64,000 nucleotides of DNA from an uncultured Holophagae bacterium (GCA_963797055.1 CAWCOD010000016.1:27736-91735); one strand, 5' to 3'; positions 36,623 to 46,434 are shown, counted from the first letter of the stretch. A program made the numbers and translations. Notes: a model not told the origin generated them from the letters alone.

Positions 36623-38080
36623 GTGAAACTCCAAGACCCGTCTTTGTTAAAGACCCAGGCCTACGTCGACGGCGAATGGACCGACGCGGACGGTGGCGAG
36701 ACCTTTGACGTCACCAATCCAGCCACCGGAGAAATCGTCGCCACAGTCGCCAAGTGCGGAGCGGCGGAAACGCGGCGCGCCATCGAGGCCGCGGAGCAGG
36801 CGCAGTTCGAGTGGCGTCAGAGGGCGGCAACCGAGCGCTCCAACCTCCTCCGCCGCTGGTTCGATCTGATGATGGAGGCCCAAGAGGATCTGGCACGGAT
36901 CCTGACGGCCGAGCAGGGCAAGCCACTGGTCGAGGCGCGCGGCGAGATCGCCTACGGTGCCAGCTTCATCGAGTGGTTCGCCGAGGAAGCCAAGCGTATC
37001 TACGGCGATGTCATCCCTCCGCCAGCCAACGACCGCCGCATTGTCGTCATCAAACAACCGGTGGGTGTCGTTGCCTGCATCACGCCCTGGAACTTCCCCA
37101 ATGCCATGCTCACGCGGAAGGTCGGTGCGGCATTGGCCGCGGGTTGCACGACGGTGTGCAAGCCGGCAAGCTCGACGCCGCTGTCGGCCTTCGCCATGGT
37201 GGAGCTGGCCGAGCGCGCCGGCATCCCCCCAGGGGTCATCAACGTGCTGGCCGGCTACACTGGCGCCATCGGCGACGAGCTGACCTCGAATCCCATTGTC
37301 CGCAAGCTCACCTTCACCGGATCCACCGAGGTCGGCAAGAAGCTGGTTGCCGACTGTGCCGGGACCATGAAGCGCACCTCCATGGAGCTCGGCGGCAACG
37401 CACCCTTTATCGTCTTCGACGACGCTGACCTTGATCAGGCGGTGCAGGCAACCCTCGCCACAAAGTACCGCAACGCCGGTCAGACCTGCGTCTGCGCCAA
37501 CCGAATCCTGGTCCAGGACAGCGTCATGGAGGAGTACTCAAAGAAGCTCGTGGGAGAGGTCGAGAAATTCAAGCTCGGCAACGGCGCTGACGAGGACGTG
37601 ACCATGGGCCCGCTGATCGACGACACGGCGGTCGAAACCGTGTGCAGCCTCATCGATGAAGCGGTATCCAAGGGTGCCAAGGTCATGCTCGGTGGCGGCC
37701 GCTCCGACTTGGGCGGGAACTTCGTGGAACCCACCATCCTCTCCGACGTGACGTCGGACATGCGTGTATTTCGCGAGGAGATCTTCGGGCCGGTCTCACC
37801 GTTGTTTTCGTTTCGTACCGAAGGCGAGGCCATCGCCATGGCCAACGACACCGAATTCGGCCTCGCGGCCTATTTCTGTGCCCGCGACGTGGGCCGGATC
37901 TGGCGGGTGGCGGAGGGCCTGGAGTACGGCATCGTCGGCATCAACGAGGGCATCATCTCCAACCCAGCAGCGCCCTTCGGCGGCATGAAGGAGTCGGGCA
38001 ACGGACGCGAGGGTTCCAAGTACGGTCTCGACGACTACCTGGAAGTCAAGTACCTCTGTATCGGCGGCATCGACCGCTGA
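36623..38080 (+). CDS. gabD: NAD(P)-dependent succinate-semialdehyde dehydrogenase
   Basis: 485 aa with a GTG start after AGGAGG. ALDH motifs ITPWNFP, FTGSTEVGK, ELGGNAP, GQTCVCANR and EEIFGPV. N-terminus ...AYVDGEWTDADGGETFDVTNPATGE is typical of GabD. Confidence 0.8.
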   Translation: MKLQDPSLLKTQAYVDGEWTDADGGETFDVTNPATGEIVATVAKCGAAETRRAIEAAEQAQFEWRQRAATERSNLLRRWFDLMMEAQEDLARILTAEQGKPLVEARGEIAYGASFIEWFAEEAKRIYGDVIPPPANDRRIVVIKQPVGVVACITPWNFPNAMLTRKVGAALAAGCTTVCKPASSTPLSAFAMVELAERAGIPPGVINVLAGYTGAIGDELTSNPIVRKLTFTGSTEVGKKLVADCAGTMKRTSMELGGNAPFIVFDDADLDQAVQATLATKYRNAGQTCVCANRILVQDSVMEEYSKKLVGEVEKFKLGNGADEDVTMGPLIDDTAVETVCSLIDEAVSKGAKVMLGGGRSDLGGNFVEPTILSDVTSDMRVFREEIFGPVSPLFSFRTEGEAIAMANDTEFGLAAYFCARDVGRIWRVAEGLEYGIVGINEGIISNPAAPFGGMKESGNGREGSKYGLDDYLEVKYLCIGGIDR

Positions 38081-38151
38081 TCTCGTCATCAAATTTCAGC
38101 CTGGCGGCGGAGAAGGCGGTGCTCGGATAACCACCGCGAATTCGACAACCC

Positions 38152-38187
38152 CCTGTTCCTGTTTTCGAATTTCGAATTTCGAATTCC
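38152..38187. repeat. STR arrays (CCTGTT; TTCGAAT)
   Basis: cctgttcctgtt followed by ttcgaatttcgaatttcgaattcc. Confidence 0.65.
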
Positions 38188-38219
38188 ATCGAACTCCGTC
38201 TATCCTTTCCTGACCGACC

Positions 38220-39068
38220 ATGATCTACCTCGTCATCGTTTCCGTGATCTGGGCTTTCTCGTTTCCGCTCATCAAGCTCCACCTGACGAGCCTGGATCCG
38301 AGTTTTGTGGCGTTTGCACGGATGGCGCTGGCCCTGCTGGTGCTGCTGCCCTTCCTGCGCACCCGGAATGTCCCTGCCGGCCTCGCCCTGCGCCTGTCGG
38401 CCATCGGCGGACTCCAGATGGGCGTCATGTACGTCACCTACATCCGCTCGTACCAGTACCTCCAGTCCTATGAAGTCGCGCTGCTGACCATCCTGACGCC
38501 GTTGTGGATCACCCTCCTGTCCAGCTTGCTGTCCAAGAAGCTGAACCCCAGATTCCACCTCGCCGCCCTGTTTGCCGTGGCCGGCGCAGCGGTCATCGTC
38601 TACCGACCGGATGCCCTCGGCCCGGCCCTCGTGGGGGCACTGTTGGTCCAGATCGCCAACCTCTCCTTCGGCGCCGGTCAGATCCTGTTCAAGCGCACCA
38701 TGGCGGCCCACCCGGAGCTCGAGAGTCGGCAGATCATGGCCCTGTTGTACGCCGGGGCGGTGGTGGTCACAGCGGCGGCGACAGCGCTCACCTTCGATCC
38801 TGCGGGTTTCGAAATCAGCGCAACCCAGACTTTCGTCCTGGTCTACCTGGGCGCGGTGGCTGCAGGACTCGGATTCCTGCTCTGGAACCACGGCGCCACA
38901 AAAGTCAGCGACGGCACCCTGGCCGTCATGAACAACGGCTACATGCCGATCGCGGTCCTCGCCGGCCTGTTCTGGTTGGGTGAGGATGCCGATCCGGTGC
39001 GTCTGGTGATTGGCACTTCCTTGATGATCATCGCGCTGTTCGTGGCCGGTCGCCCGGCCCAGCAGTAG
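38220..39068 (+). CDS. EamA/DMT-family transporter
   Basis: 282 aa with 10 predicted TM helices in two 5-TM halves. Confidence 0.65.
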   Translation: MIYLVIVSVIWAFSFPLIKLHLTSLDPSFVAFARMALALLVLLPFLRTRNVPAGLALRLSAIGGLQMGVMYVTYIRSYQYLQSYEVALLTILTPLWITLLSSLLSKKLNPRFHLAALFAVAGAAVIVYRPDALGPALVGALLVQIANLSFGAGQILFKRTMAAHPELESRQIMALLYAGAVVVTAAATALTFDPAGFEISATQTFVLVYLGAVAAGLGFLLWNHGATKVSDGTLAVMNNGYMPIAVLAGLFWLGEDADPVRLVIGTSLMIIALFVAGRPAQQ

Positions 39069-39079
39069 CCCCGCCAGCC

Positions 39080-39280
39080 CATTGCGAATTGCGGATTTCC
39101 CGTCCCACCCGGTGTAGAAGGTGTAGAGGATGTGGATCCGAGCCCGAGCCCGTTGCCGTTGCCGTTTTCGGCTTTCTCATCCCTGGATTCGAGGTGGACG
39201 CAATCGTCCGTGAGACCCAACAACGTTCAACATTCTCCCCCACCCAGATCCTTCGACTCGCTTCGCTCGCTCAGGATGAC
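39080..39280. repeat. GB-STR composite plus a GTCATCCTGAGC-family half element
   Basis: C-box CCCGTCCCACCCGG, ggtgtagaaggtgtagaggatgtgga, tccgagcccgagcccgttgccgttgccgtt, caacaacgttcaacattc. Then CCCACCCAGATCCTTCGACTCGCTTCGCTCGCTCAGGATGAC (39238-39280). Confidence 0.8.
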
Positions 39281-39388
39281 ACGAGGGGAGCGCCGTGTGA
39301 GCAGTGCTGCCCCTGTGCCTGTCCCCTGCAACCTGCCCCCGGTTCCCGGGTCGACCGGACTCTGGTATCTTCGACTCTAGAGAGTCCT

Positions 39389-40681
39389 GTGTTGCAACGT
39401 TCTTGTTCATCGTGGCAGTCATTGGCTTTGGTGGTCCTCCTGGCCGCCACCGTCGGGTGCACGTCAACCTTCAATCCAACCCCCATGGACCAGGTGCCGT
39501 TCATGGAGCGGGCAGAAACCCAATCCACGGAAGAAGTCACGGTGACAGTATCGGTCCTGTCCGCCGACGAGGCCAAGGCGGCCTTCGACCGGAAGCTCTA
39601 CAAAAAGGGCATCCAACCCATCTGGCTCGAGATTACCAACCACACCGACGGCCCCATGCTCTTTCTGCCGTCAAGCCTGGACCCGCTGTACTTCTCACCT
39701 TTGGAGGCCGCCCAGAAGGCCGGCTTGACCTGGAAGAAAGAGTCCACCCACGACGCCGCGAATTTCTTCCTCGACAACCAGATCAAGCTCGAATTTTCTG
39801 CCGGCGAGACCGCCTCGGGCTTTGTCTATGCCAATCGGAACAAGGGAATTCGGCTGGTCATGGCAGAGATGGTGGGGCCGAATTGGCGGCGCCACCTCGA
39901 GTTTCTCGTCGAGGTGCCGGGATTCAAGGCCGACTTCCACGGGACCAATGCGAAGGAGCTGTACCCGGATAGAGAGATGACAGACCTCGATCTCGATGGC
40001 CTGCGCGCCTGGATCAAAGAGGTCCCCTGCTGCGTCACAAATGCCGATGGCTCCAAGAATGGAGACCCCCTCAATCTCGTCGTCATCGGCACCGAGCATC
40101 AGGTCTGGCCCGCCTTCTCCCGCGCCGGCTGGGATCCCACCGAGGCGATGCGTACCCAATCGGCTCTCAAGACGGCCCTCTACGGTGTCTTTGGCGGTGC
40201 CTACCGTTATGCCCCGATCAGCCCGCTCTACCTCTTCGGGCGGTCACAAGACATCGCGCTGCAGAAGGTGCGCTCCAGCATCCACTACCGCAACCATCTC
40301 CGGTTGTGGCTGGCGCCCGTCACGTTCGAGGGTCGTCCGGTTCTGGTGGGTCAGATCAGCCGCGACATCGGCAGCAGAATGACCTCGAAGAGCCCCACCC
40401 TGACCACCCACCGGATCGATCCGGACGTTGACGAGACCAGGGCCAGCCTTGTCCAGGATATGATCTACTCCCAGTCCCTCGCGGCTTTCGGCTATGGCGC
40501 CGGGGTCGGCGAGGCACCACGCGACGCCCCGCGCGCAAACCTCACCGGTGACGTCTACTTCACCGACGGCCGTCGACTCGTCATGTGGCTCACCGACGAA
40601 CCCACCACGATCCTCGACATAGATTATGTCCCGTGGGAGCGCCTGCCCGCCGAGGCCGAGGGCTGGGAACCGAAACAGTAG
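39389..40681 (+). CDS. LssY-C-terminal-domain-like protein, probable lipoprotein
   Basis: Start assigned to GTG 39389 (uncertain). Signal ...LALVVLLAATVGC. GDPLNLVVIGTEHQVWPAFSRAGWDPTE and HYRNHLRLW resemble the LssY_C signature (from memory). Confidence 0.55.
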   Translation: MLQRSCSSWQSLALVVLLAATVGCTSTFNPTPMDQVPFMERAETQSTEEVTVTVSVLSADEAKAAFDRKLYKKGIQPIWLEITNHTDGPMLFLPSSLDPLYFSPLEAAQKAGLTWKKESTHDAANFFLDNQIKLEFSAGETASGFVYANRNKGIRLVMAEMVGPNWRRHLEFLVEVPGFKADFHGTNAKELYPDREMTDLDLDGLRAWIKEVPCCVTNADGSKNGDPLNLVVIGTEHQVWPAFSRAGWDPTEAMRTQSALKTALYGVFGGAYRYAPISPLYLFGRSQDIALQKVRSSIHYRNHLRLWLAPVTFEGRPVLVGQISRDIGSRMTSKSPTLTTHRIDPDVDETRASLVQDMIYSQSLAAFGYGAGVGEAPRDAPRANLTGDVYFTDGRRLVMWLTDEPTTILDIDYVPWERLPAEAEGWEPKQ

Positions 40682-40706
40682 GCAATTGGCAGTGACCCCC
40701 GCCCAC

Positions 40707-40742
40707 CCGAGGAGCGCGTTGGAAGAAAATCGCGTTCCTCGG
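40707..40742 (+). terminator. Stem-loop just downstream of the LssY-like gene (possible terminator, no U-tract)
   Basis: CCGAGGAGCGCG, 12-nt loop, CGCGTTCCTCGG (11 of 12 bp pair). Begins 26 nt after the stop. Confidence 0.25.
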
Positions 40743-40786
40743 AGGTGCCTGGCATCCTCACGTCACATCGAGCCAAACGAGAGGAA

Positions 40787-40896
40787 TTTGTGGAGCGGCC
40801 GTCTCGGCTGCATCGTCGCCATTGTGGAGCAGCCGTCTCGGCTGCATTTCCGGCCTCGATTGAAGGCACGATGCAGGCCGGAGGCCTGCGCTACAA
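40787..40896. repeat. TJ element with duplicated left arm
   Basis: TTTGTGGAGCGGCCGTCTCGGCTGCA, ATTGTGGAGCAGCCGTCTCGGCTGCA, spacer TTTCCGGCCTCGATTGAAGGCACGA, TGCAGGCCGGAGGCCTGCGCTACAA. Confidence 0.85.
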
Positions 40897-40974
40897 CCCA
40901 CAACCTGCCACCTGACGGGCGACGGATCTCTGTGATGAGCTTTCTCTGCGTGAGCCGTGTGATCTGTGGATCTT

Positions 40975-41144
40975 CCGGGCGGGCGGGGGATCCGGCTCCG
41001 CCTGCGGCTCCGCCGTGACAAGTCTTGGATCTTGGATCTTGCATCTTGAATCGGGGTGGGCGAAGGTTCGTTCCTGCTCCCTGCTCCCTGCTCCTTGCTC
41101 CCTGCTCCTTGCTCCTTGTTCCTTGTTCCTGGGCGGGTGGGCGG
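40975..41144. repeat. GB-STR mosaic; its left part duplicates 20631-20722
   Basis: CCGGGCGGGCGGGGG-ATCCGGCTCCGCCTGCGGCTCCGCCGTGACAAGTCT-(CTTGGAT/CTTGCAT/CTTGAAT)-GGGGTGGGCG. Then a CTGCTCC/TTGTTCC array 41066-41129 and G-box 41130-41144. Confidence 0.9.
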
Positions 41145-41209
41145 CAGGCCCGAAGATCGACTATCATGGTCCGCGGTGCCGATCCGAACGACGCACCTGG
41201 AGGAATGAC

Positions 41210-41671
41210 ATGAAGCACGCCATCACTCTTCTCTGCCTCGTCACCGTGCTTGCCGCGAGCCCGCTGGCGGCGCAGGTCCGCGACGAGACCATCCTGACCT
41301 TCGATGTCATCCAGACCGAGCGCAAGGCGCTGGTCATGGAAGCGCTCGACCTGACGCCGACCCAGCTCAAGGCGGTGTCTCCGGTCTACGACGCCTATCT
41401 GGCCGAACTCGACGCGCTCGAGGCGCAAGAGGTGGAGCTGATCAAGCGGTTCCTCGCCAGCTACAAGGGAATGAGCGATGTCGAGGCGGCGGAAATGCTC
41501 GTCGTGTGGGGCGCCCACAACCAGGTCCGGCTGGATCTTCGCAAATACTACACCCGGGAGTTCGCCGAGGTGTTGCCCGCGCGAAAGGTCCTTCGTCTGT
41601 GGCAGATCGAGAACAAGCTCGACACCATCATCGACGCCCAGCTCACCAGGGACATTCCGCTGGCTCAGTAG
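41210..41671 (+). CDS. Small periplasmic helical protein, paralog A (hypothetical)
   Basis: GGAGGA RBS. 153 aa. Signal peptide MKHAITLLCLVTVLAASPLAAQ. Shares VIQTERxALV and QIENKLDxxIxxxL...PL with 46739-47200, which has identical length. Confidence 0.6.
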   Translation: MKHAITLLCLVTVLAASPLAAQVRDETILTFDVIQTERKALVMEALDLTPTQLKAVSPVYDAYLAELDALEAQEVELIKRFLASYKGMSDVEAAEMLVVWGAHNQVRLDLRKYYTREFAEVLPARKVLRLWQIENKLDTIIDAQLTRDIPLAQ

Positions 41672-41704
41672 CCCCTGCGTTCGGGACTCGGGGCTCGGCT
41701 GTGA

Positions 41705-42025
41705 TCAGTTGACTGGTGGGATGATCAACCGAATTTCGTAGGGCGACACGGTGACGCAGTCCCCCGGCGAAAACGGTCTCGGGGACGTGCCAAGGAGATC
41801 GTCGTTGAGCATAGTGCCGTTTGCCGAACCGAGGTCCTGAACCACGTATCCATCACCCTCACGGCGAATCACAAGGTGACGCCGCGAAACGCTTTTGGGG
41901 TTGAGGACGACATCACACGACGGGTCGCGTCCGACCAGAGTTTCACCCTCTCGAACCCGTATCGTTTCCTCCAGGCCATCCGGTCCCCGGACCTGCAGCT
42001 GCGGCGCGCCTCCGATCGAACCCAT
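41705..42025 (-). CDS. Stand-alone FHA-domain protein
   Basis: 106 aa. ...LVGRDPSCDVVLNPKSVSRRHLVIRREGDGYVVQDLGSANGTMLND... is a canonical FHA core (G-R...S-R-x-H...N-G). Confidence 0.8.
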   Translation of the reverse strand: MGSIGGAPQLQVRGPDGLEETIRVREGETLVGRDPSCDVVLNPKSVSRRHLVIRREGDGYVVQDLGSANGTMLNDDLLGTSPRPFSPGDCVTVSPYEIRLIIPPVN

Positions 42026-42108
42026 CCCTTCCAGCCTACACGCCTCTGCTCCGGATGAGATCCCGCTGGATGCTCCCTGTTCCTTTTCCCTTGTTCCTGG
42101 CCACTGAC

Positions 42109-44346
42109 CTAACGCCTCCCGCCTCCGCGAGCTGCCCCGCCACCGCTCCGCGTGTACCCCCCCGATGGACGGGTGGCCGTGTAGCTCTGCGTCCGCGCAC
42201 TGCCGCGCTGGCGGTTGGCATAGTCGCGATTGAGCGAGCTGGAGGGCGGCCGCGAAGTGGACGGCCTGGTCTGGGGTGTCTTGGGTCGGGTGGAGGGGCG
42301 GGTGGATGGCATCGTCGACGGCGTCGACGGCCGCGTTGATGGCGTCGAAGGAAGCGTTGATGGCGTCGACGGCCGGGTCGATGGACGCGTTGACGGCCGG
42401 GTCGCGGACGGCACGTCGGCCTTGTTCCATCCTCCCTTGTCCCTCTGGTCCCACGTACCGTTGTCGTTGCGCCGGTAGACGTTGCCATTCTTGTCGGTGT
42501 AAATGTTGTTCTTCACACCTTCAGCGGCCCTGGGCCGGGTGCGCGCCATCTTGTTGCTGGTTTCGGCCACCCTGTCGCGGTTGGTGGGTCGATTGTAGAT
42601 GTTGTTGTTGCTGCCGATGTTGATGTCGCCGGTATTGATGTTGATGGGACGGCCGTTCTGTGAACCGTGGTAGTAGCCGTGCCGATAACCGGCCCGATAA
42701 CCCGCCCGGTAGCCGTACCCCGGATAGGGTCTGTAGTAGCGTGGCCCCCACCACCCGCCGTAGCCTCCCGCACCGATGGTCAGGTGGAAGGGCCCGTTGG
42801 AGTAGCTCAGACCAAAGCCCCAGCCATACCACGGGTTCCAGCGCACATGGAAACCCCAGGTCGCGGGTCGAGGGTAATAGTAGTGGTGGTACCAGGGACG
42901 GTAGTACCAGCCCGTGCCGTAGACCATGCAGCCGCCGTAGTAGTAGCTGTTCATATATCCCGGCGTGTAACCCACATACACCACCTGGGGCGTCACGTCG
43001 TAGACGTTGACATAGGTCACGTTGTGATTCGGATTGGACGCCGGAATTCCGTAGATCTCCTTGGGCACGTTGGTGCAGACCGTCCACGGCCCGGTGGCCG
43101 AGTTCGACTCGTACCACACCGCCTCGTCGCAGCAGTAGTAGCGGTTCTTGTACTTGAAGACCTGCTTTGAGGTGTTGACCGCGTACTGCAGATCGGTGGT
43201 CTCCACATCTTCGAACAGAGGCGTGCCGTCGTATTCCACGGTCGTCGTGGCATCCAACTTCACCTCGGCGGTCTGGGGAATCTCGGCGTCAAGCACCGCA
43301 TCCCGCGCCTCCTGGGTCCCTGCCACGCTGGCCCTCATGTGGGCATTTTCCGACTCCTGCGGAATGTCTCGAAAGGCCGCCGGGAGATCGTCGTTGGGAA
43401 CGTGGGTCCACGGGCCGTCAAGCGATCCGCTCTTGTACCAACGACCGGACAGCAGCACGTAGACCTGCTGCTGAGCGATGTCGTAGACCACATCGGAGTC
43501 GGTGTTGGTGACGTACAGGAGATCCGCATCCGACATGGGTGTGTACTGGGGCTCGCCGTCAACAAAGATGAGCTCAGCCGGCTCCTTGGAGACCACGATC
43601 TCGGGGATCCTGGGATCGATCTCAATGCCCTCGGCATCGGGCTGGTCATCTTGGGGGATTTCGATGGCGGCGATCTCCTTGGGCGGTGACGGCTCCTGCC
43701 GCCACGGACCCCCGATCTGGCGCGCCGAGAACCAGGCCTCGTCCGACGCCAGGTAGTACGCCTGCGAGCCCTTGTCGAAGAGGATGAGGAAGGGCGTATT
43801 CACCACCCGTTGCAGCTTGGAGTTCTCCACGTCCTCCAGGATGGGCTCGCCGTCGATGAGGACGAGGACCGCGGGTTCCGTCTTGAAGATGACCTTTGGC
43901 GGAGCGTTGTTCAGATCGTGCTGGCGGGGTGGTCCCTCAACGCCGTCCAGGCTCGCCATGAGCCGGTCCATGGAGATGTCGAGATCCCACGTGGGAATGT
44001 CCCTCTCGAGCACATCCGCCAGCTGTTGTTGTTGTTCCTCGCTGGCCTCGGGGAAGCGGACGGTGGGCACATCGACTGTCAAGATGTCCACGTTCCGGGT
44101 GTCGCGATCGGTGGCAATGGTCGCGTCGATCCACACCGCTCCGAAGATCGGCGCACCGCCGCCCTTCTTCACCGAGACCGCCGCCCGTGCCTGAATCGAA
44201 TTTTCCACAATGTCGTCGATCTGGGGCTGGTAGACCTGAATGATGTAGCCCTCGGACTCGATCTCCTTGGGCCACCCGTCGTCCTGCGCCACAAGGGGCA
44301 GACAGATGAGCAGGGCCGCGACACACACCAGTAACTTCAACCGCAT
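42109..44346 (-). CDS. Large secreted protein with a Tyr/Trp/Gly-rich core and a Ser/Thr/Arg/Pro tandem-repeat tail (hypothetical)
   Basis: ATG at 44346 after GAGGAG. Signal peptide MRLKLLVCVAALLICLPLVAQ. Core ...YYYGGCMVYGTGWYYRPWYHHYYYPRPATWGFHVRWNPWYGWGF...GYRAGYRAGYRHGYYHG. Tail (STRP/STPS) x about 12, then an R/G-rich end. Confidence 0.6.
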   Translation of the reverse strand: MRLKLLVCVAALLICLPLVAQDDGWPKEIESEGYIIQVYQPQIDDIVENSIQARAAVSVKKGGGAPIFGAVWIDATIATDRDTRNVDILTVDVPTVRFPEASEEQQQQLADVLERDIPTWDLDISMDRLMASLDGVEGPPRQHDLNNAPPKVIFKTEPAVLVLIDGEPILEDVENSKLQRVVNTPFLILFDKGSQAYYLASDEAWFSARQIGGPWRQEPSPPKEIAAIEIPQDDQPDAEGIEIDPRIPEIVVSKEPAELIFVDGEPQYTPMSDADLLYVTNTDSDVVYDIAQQQVYVLLSGRWYKSGSLDGPWTHVPNDDLPAAFRDIPQESENAHMRASVAGTQEARDAVLDAEIPQTAEVKLDATTTVEYDGTPLFEDVETTDLQYAVNTSKQVFKYKNRYYCCDEAVWYESNSATGPWTVCTNVPKEIYGIPASNPNHNVTYVNVYDVTPQVVYVGYTPGYMNSYYYGGCMVYGTGWYYRPWYHHYYYPRPATWGFHVRWNPWYGWGFGLSYSNGPFHLTIGAGGYGGWWGPRYYRPYPGYGYRAGYRAGYRHGYYHGSQNGRPININTGDINIGSNNNIYNRPTNRDRVAETSNKMARTRPRAAEGVKNNIYTDKNGNVYRRNDNGTWDQRDKGGWNKADVPSATRPSTRPSTRPSTPSTLPSTPSTRPSTPSTMPSTRPSTRPKTPQTRPSTSRPPSSSLNRDYANRQRGSARTQSYTATRPSGGYTRSGGGAARGGGRR

Positions 44347-44400
44347 GAGATCTCCTCTTGGTCTGATCGGGTGATTGTATGCCATGACCGGACCGGCAGC

Positions 44401-45042
44401 CTACAGGTCACCAATGCCGAGAATCAGGCCCACGCTGAACTCCGCCTGCCACATAAAATTGCCGTTGAAGCCGAAGGCACAGCCGGCCGGGCCGCACAGC
44501 GCGCCTGCGCTGCCGCTGCCGTAGGTGCCGTAGAGTTTGCCCTGAAACCGAACTCCCACATGGCGACCCGGGAGAATCTTGACCCCCCCGCCGAGCGCGA
44601 ATGCGAATCTGGTGACCGAGCTCAGCTCGCTCCCCTCCGGAGAGAAATGGGTCGCTCCCAGAGACCCGAGTAAGAACGGTCGAACCGTCTCGTCCTCGTG
44701 CCATTGCTTCAATCCACCGGCCTGCCATTGATCGATGGTCATATCGAACTCGTCGTACGAACCCAGGTTGAAGACATCCATGCTGGTGTCCTGCCGGCTC
44801 CACGAGAAGTCCAACTGGGTGTCGCCCATGAGCCCGAGGGTGTAGTTGACGGTGAGACCGTAGCTCTCAGAGTCATTGAAGTCGTACGTCTGGCCGGTCC
44901 AGTAGTCATTCATGCTGCCACCGAACCGGTAACCGAACTGGGGCGTGATCTCCACCTTCTGCGCGTGGACGAGTTGAGCTGCACAGAGGACTATCAACAA
45001 TGCAAGCGAAACAAGAAACTGACGTGGCACACACCCCTCCAA
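44401..45042 (-). CDS. Small outer-membrane beta-barrel protein (OmpA-barrel/OmpW-like porin family)
   Basis: 213 aa. Signal ...LCAAQLVHAQ, alternating beta pattern, terminal ...FSVGLILGIGDL. Confidence 0.5.
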   Translation of the reverse strand: MEGCVPRQFLVSLALLIVLCAAQLVHAQKVEITPQFGYRFGGSMNDYWTGQTYDFNDSESYGLTVNYTLGLMGDTQLDFSWSRQDTSMDVFNLGSYDEFDMTIDQWQAGGLKQWHEDETVRPFLLGSLGATHFSPEGSELSSVTRFAFALGGGVKILPGRHVGVRFQGKLYGTYGSGSAGALCGPAGCAFGFNGNFMWQAEFSVGLILGIGDL

Positions 45043-45125
45043 CGAATCCTCGAAACTGTTGGCATTTCACGCGTTCAGAACGATCTTGACCGACAAACGA
45101 TTCCAACCGACACAGCGGGGCTCGT

Positions 45126-45228
45126 CACCACCCCCTATTCACTATTCACTTGGCCCCGCTCACCCGTCCTACATCACCCGGGGTGGGTGGGCGGAACTGA
45201 GAATTCAAAATTCAGAATTCAAAATTCC
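45126..45228. repeat. GB-STR modules (CTATTCA array; G-box + GAATTC-type array)
   Basis: ctattcactattcactt. Then CCCGGGGTGGGTGGGCGG followed by aactgagaattcaaaattcagaattcaaaattcc. Confidence 0.8.
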
Positions 45229-45236
45229 CCTCGGGT

Positions 45237-46382
45237 TCACACAAGCTCCGTCACATACTTCTCCCGCGCCAGCCGCCAGAAGACCACCAAAAACGCCGTC
45301 AGCGGAATGGCCAGGATCATGCCCATGATCCCGTTCAGGGCCGAACCCCAGAAGAAGACCGCGAAGATGATCACGATGGGGTGAAGCCCGGTTCGGTCCC
45401 CCATGATCTTCGGTGTCAATAGGTAGCCCTCGATGAGCTGCACCACGGTGAAAACCACAAGCACCAGCGCCACGGTCACGATCCCGCCTCCCGGCTGGAA
45501 GAAGGCCAGCGGCAGCGCCGTACCCAGCCCAACGATGCTGCCGAGGTACGGGATGATGTTCAAGAAGCCCAGAATCAGACCGATGACCGCCCCGTATTTC
45601 AGACCGACCACGCTGAACCCGATGGCGTACAGCACTCCCTGCAGGAAGGCGATGATGAGCTGCCCCCTGAAAAAGGCCACGATGATCTCGACGAACTGGT
45701 TGAAGAGGTAGGCCACGTCCTTGCGAGTGTCGGGCTTGAGAAAGGGCAGGTGGCTCTCGATGTCGAACTTCCCGGGCGCGTCCGCCAGCAGGATGAAGAC
45801 GAAGTAGATCGGCGTCACCACCCAGGACAGCAGCGCACCCACCCACGAGATCACTCCCGCACCGGCGGACAGTGCGCCGCGGCCAAAGGCCTCCAAACCC
45901 TGCATGATGGTGCCTTGTTGACCCTCCATGGAGTCTCGTATTTGGCTCAAGTAAGGGTTTGTCTCGACAAAGGCAACCGCCTTGGGCGCCCGTTCCTGGA
46001 ACCACTCCCGGGTCGCGGCCCACCACTCCGGCACGTTGCTCACCAGCTCGCCGAGCTGATCCACAAGCAGCGCGCCAAAGAACCAGAGGAACGCTGCGAG
46101 CGGAATGATGGCTGACAGCAGCAGCACCACCAGCGCCATCCCGCGGCTCAGCTTGAGCTTCTTCTGCAGCCAGTCGTAGTAGGGCTGGAATACCAGCGCC
46201 GCCACCACGGCCACCACGATCGGCAGAAAGACGTTGGAAAATCGATTGAAGAAGGCGCCGATGAGCCAGAACAGCGCGCCGATCGCAACAACGATGATCA
46301 CCGCCGACAGGATCGTAACAGCCGCAGCTGCGGTGGTCTGCTGGCGCTCAGAAAGCTCGAGATTCATCTCAGTCTCCTTCAA
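45237..46382 (-). CDS. AI-2E family transporter (PerM/UPF0118)
   Basis: 381 aa with about 8 TM helices. Sequence organisation is typical of the family (from memory). C-terminal ...WGSALNGIMGMILAIPLTA. Confidence 0.65.
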   Translation of the reverse strand: MKETEMNLELSERQQTTAAAAVTILSAVIIVVAIGALFWLIGAFFNRFSNVFLPIVVAVVAALVFQPYYDWLQKKLKLSRGMALVVLLLSAIIPLAAFLWFFGALLVDQLGELVSNVPEWWAATREWFQERAPKAVAFVETNPYLSQIRDSMEGQQGTIMQGLEAFGRGALSAGAGVISWVGALLSWVVTPIYFVFILLADAPGKFDIESHLPFLKPDTRKDVAYLFNQFVEIIVAFFRGQLIIAFLQGVLYAIGFSVVGLKYGAVIGLILGFLNIIPYLGSIVGLGTALPLAFFQPGGGIVTVALVLVVFTVVQLIEGYLLTPKIMGDRTGLHPIVIIFAVFFWGSALNGIMGMILAIPLTAFLVVFWRLAREKYVTELV

Positions 46383-46434
46383 GATTTCTGGCTGCGATCT
46401 TAGCCGCCTACCGGACTCGAATCAATGCGGAGCA

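Noticed and set aside
42230-42420. Tandem repetition in the DNA (GTCGACGGC/GTTGATGGC-like units), as another non-coding STR array.
   Set aside because: It lies inside the 745-aa CDS and encodes the in-frame STRP/STPS repeat tail. The units are multiples of 3 nt and GC-rich, unlike the intergenic arrays.
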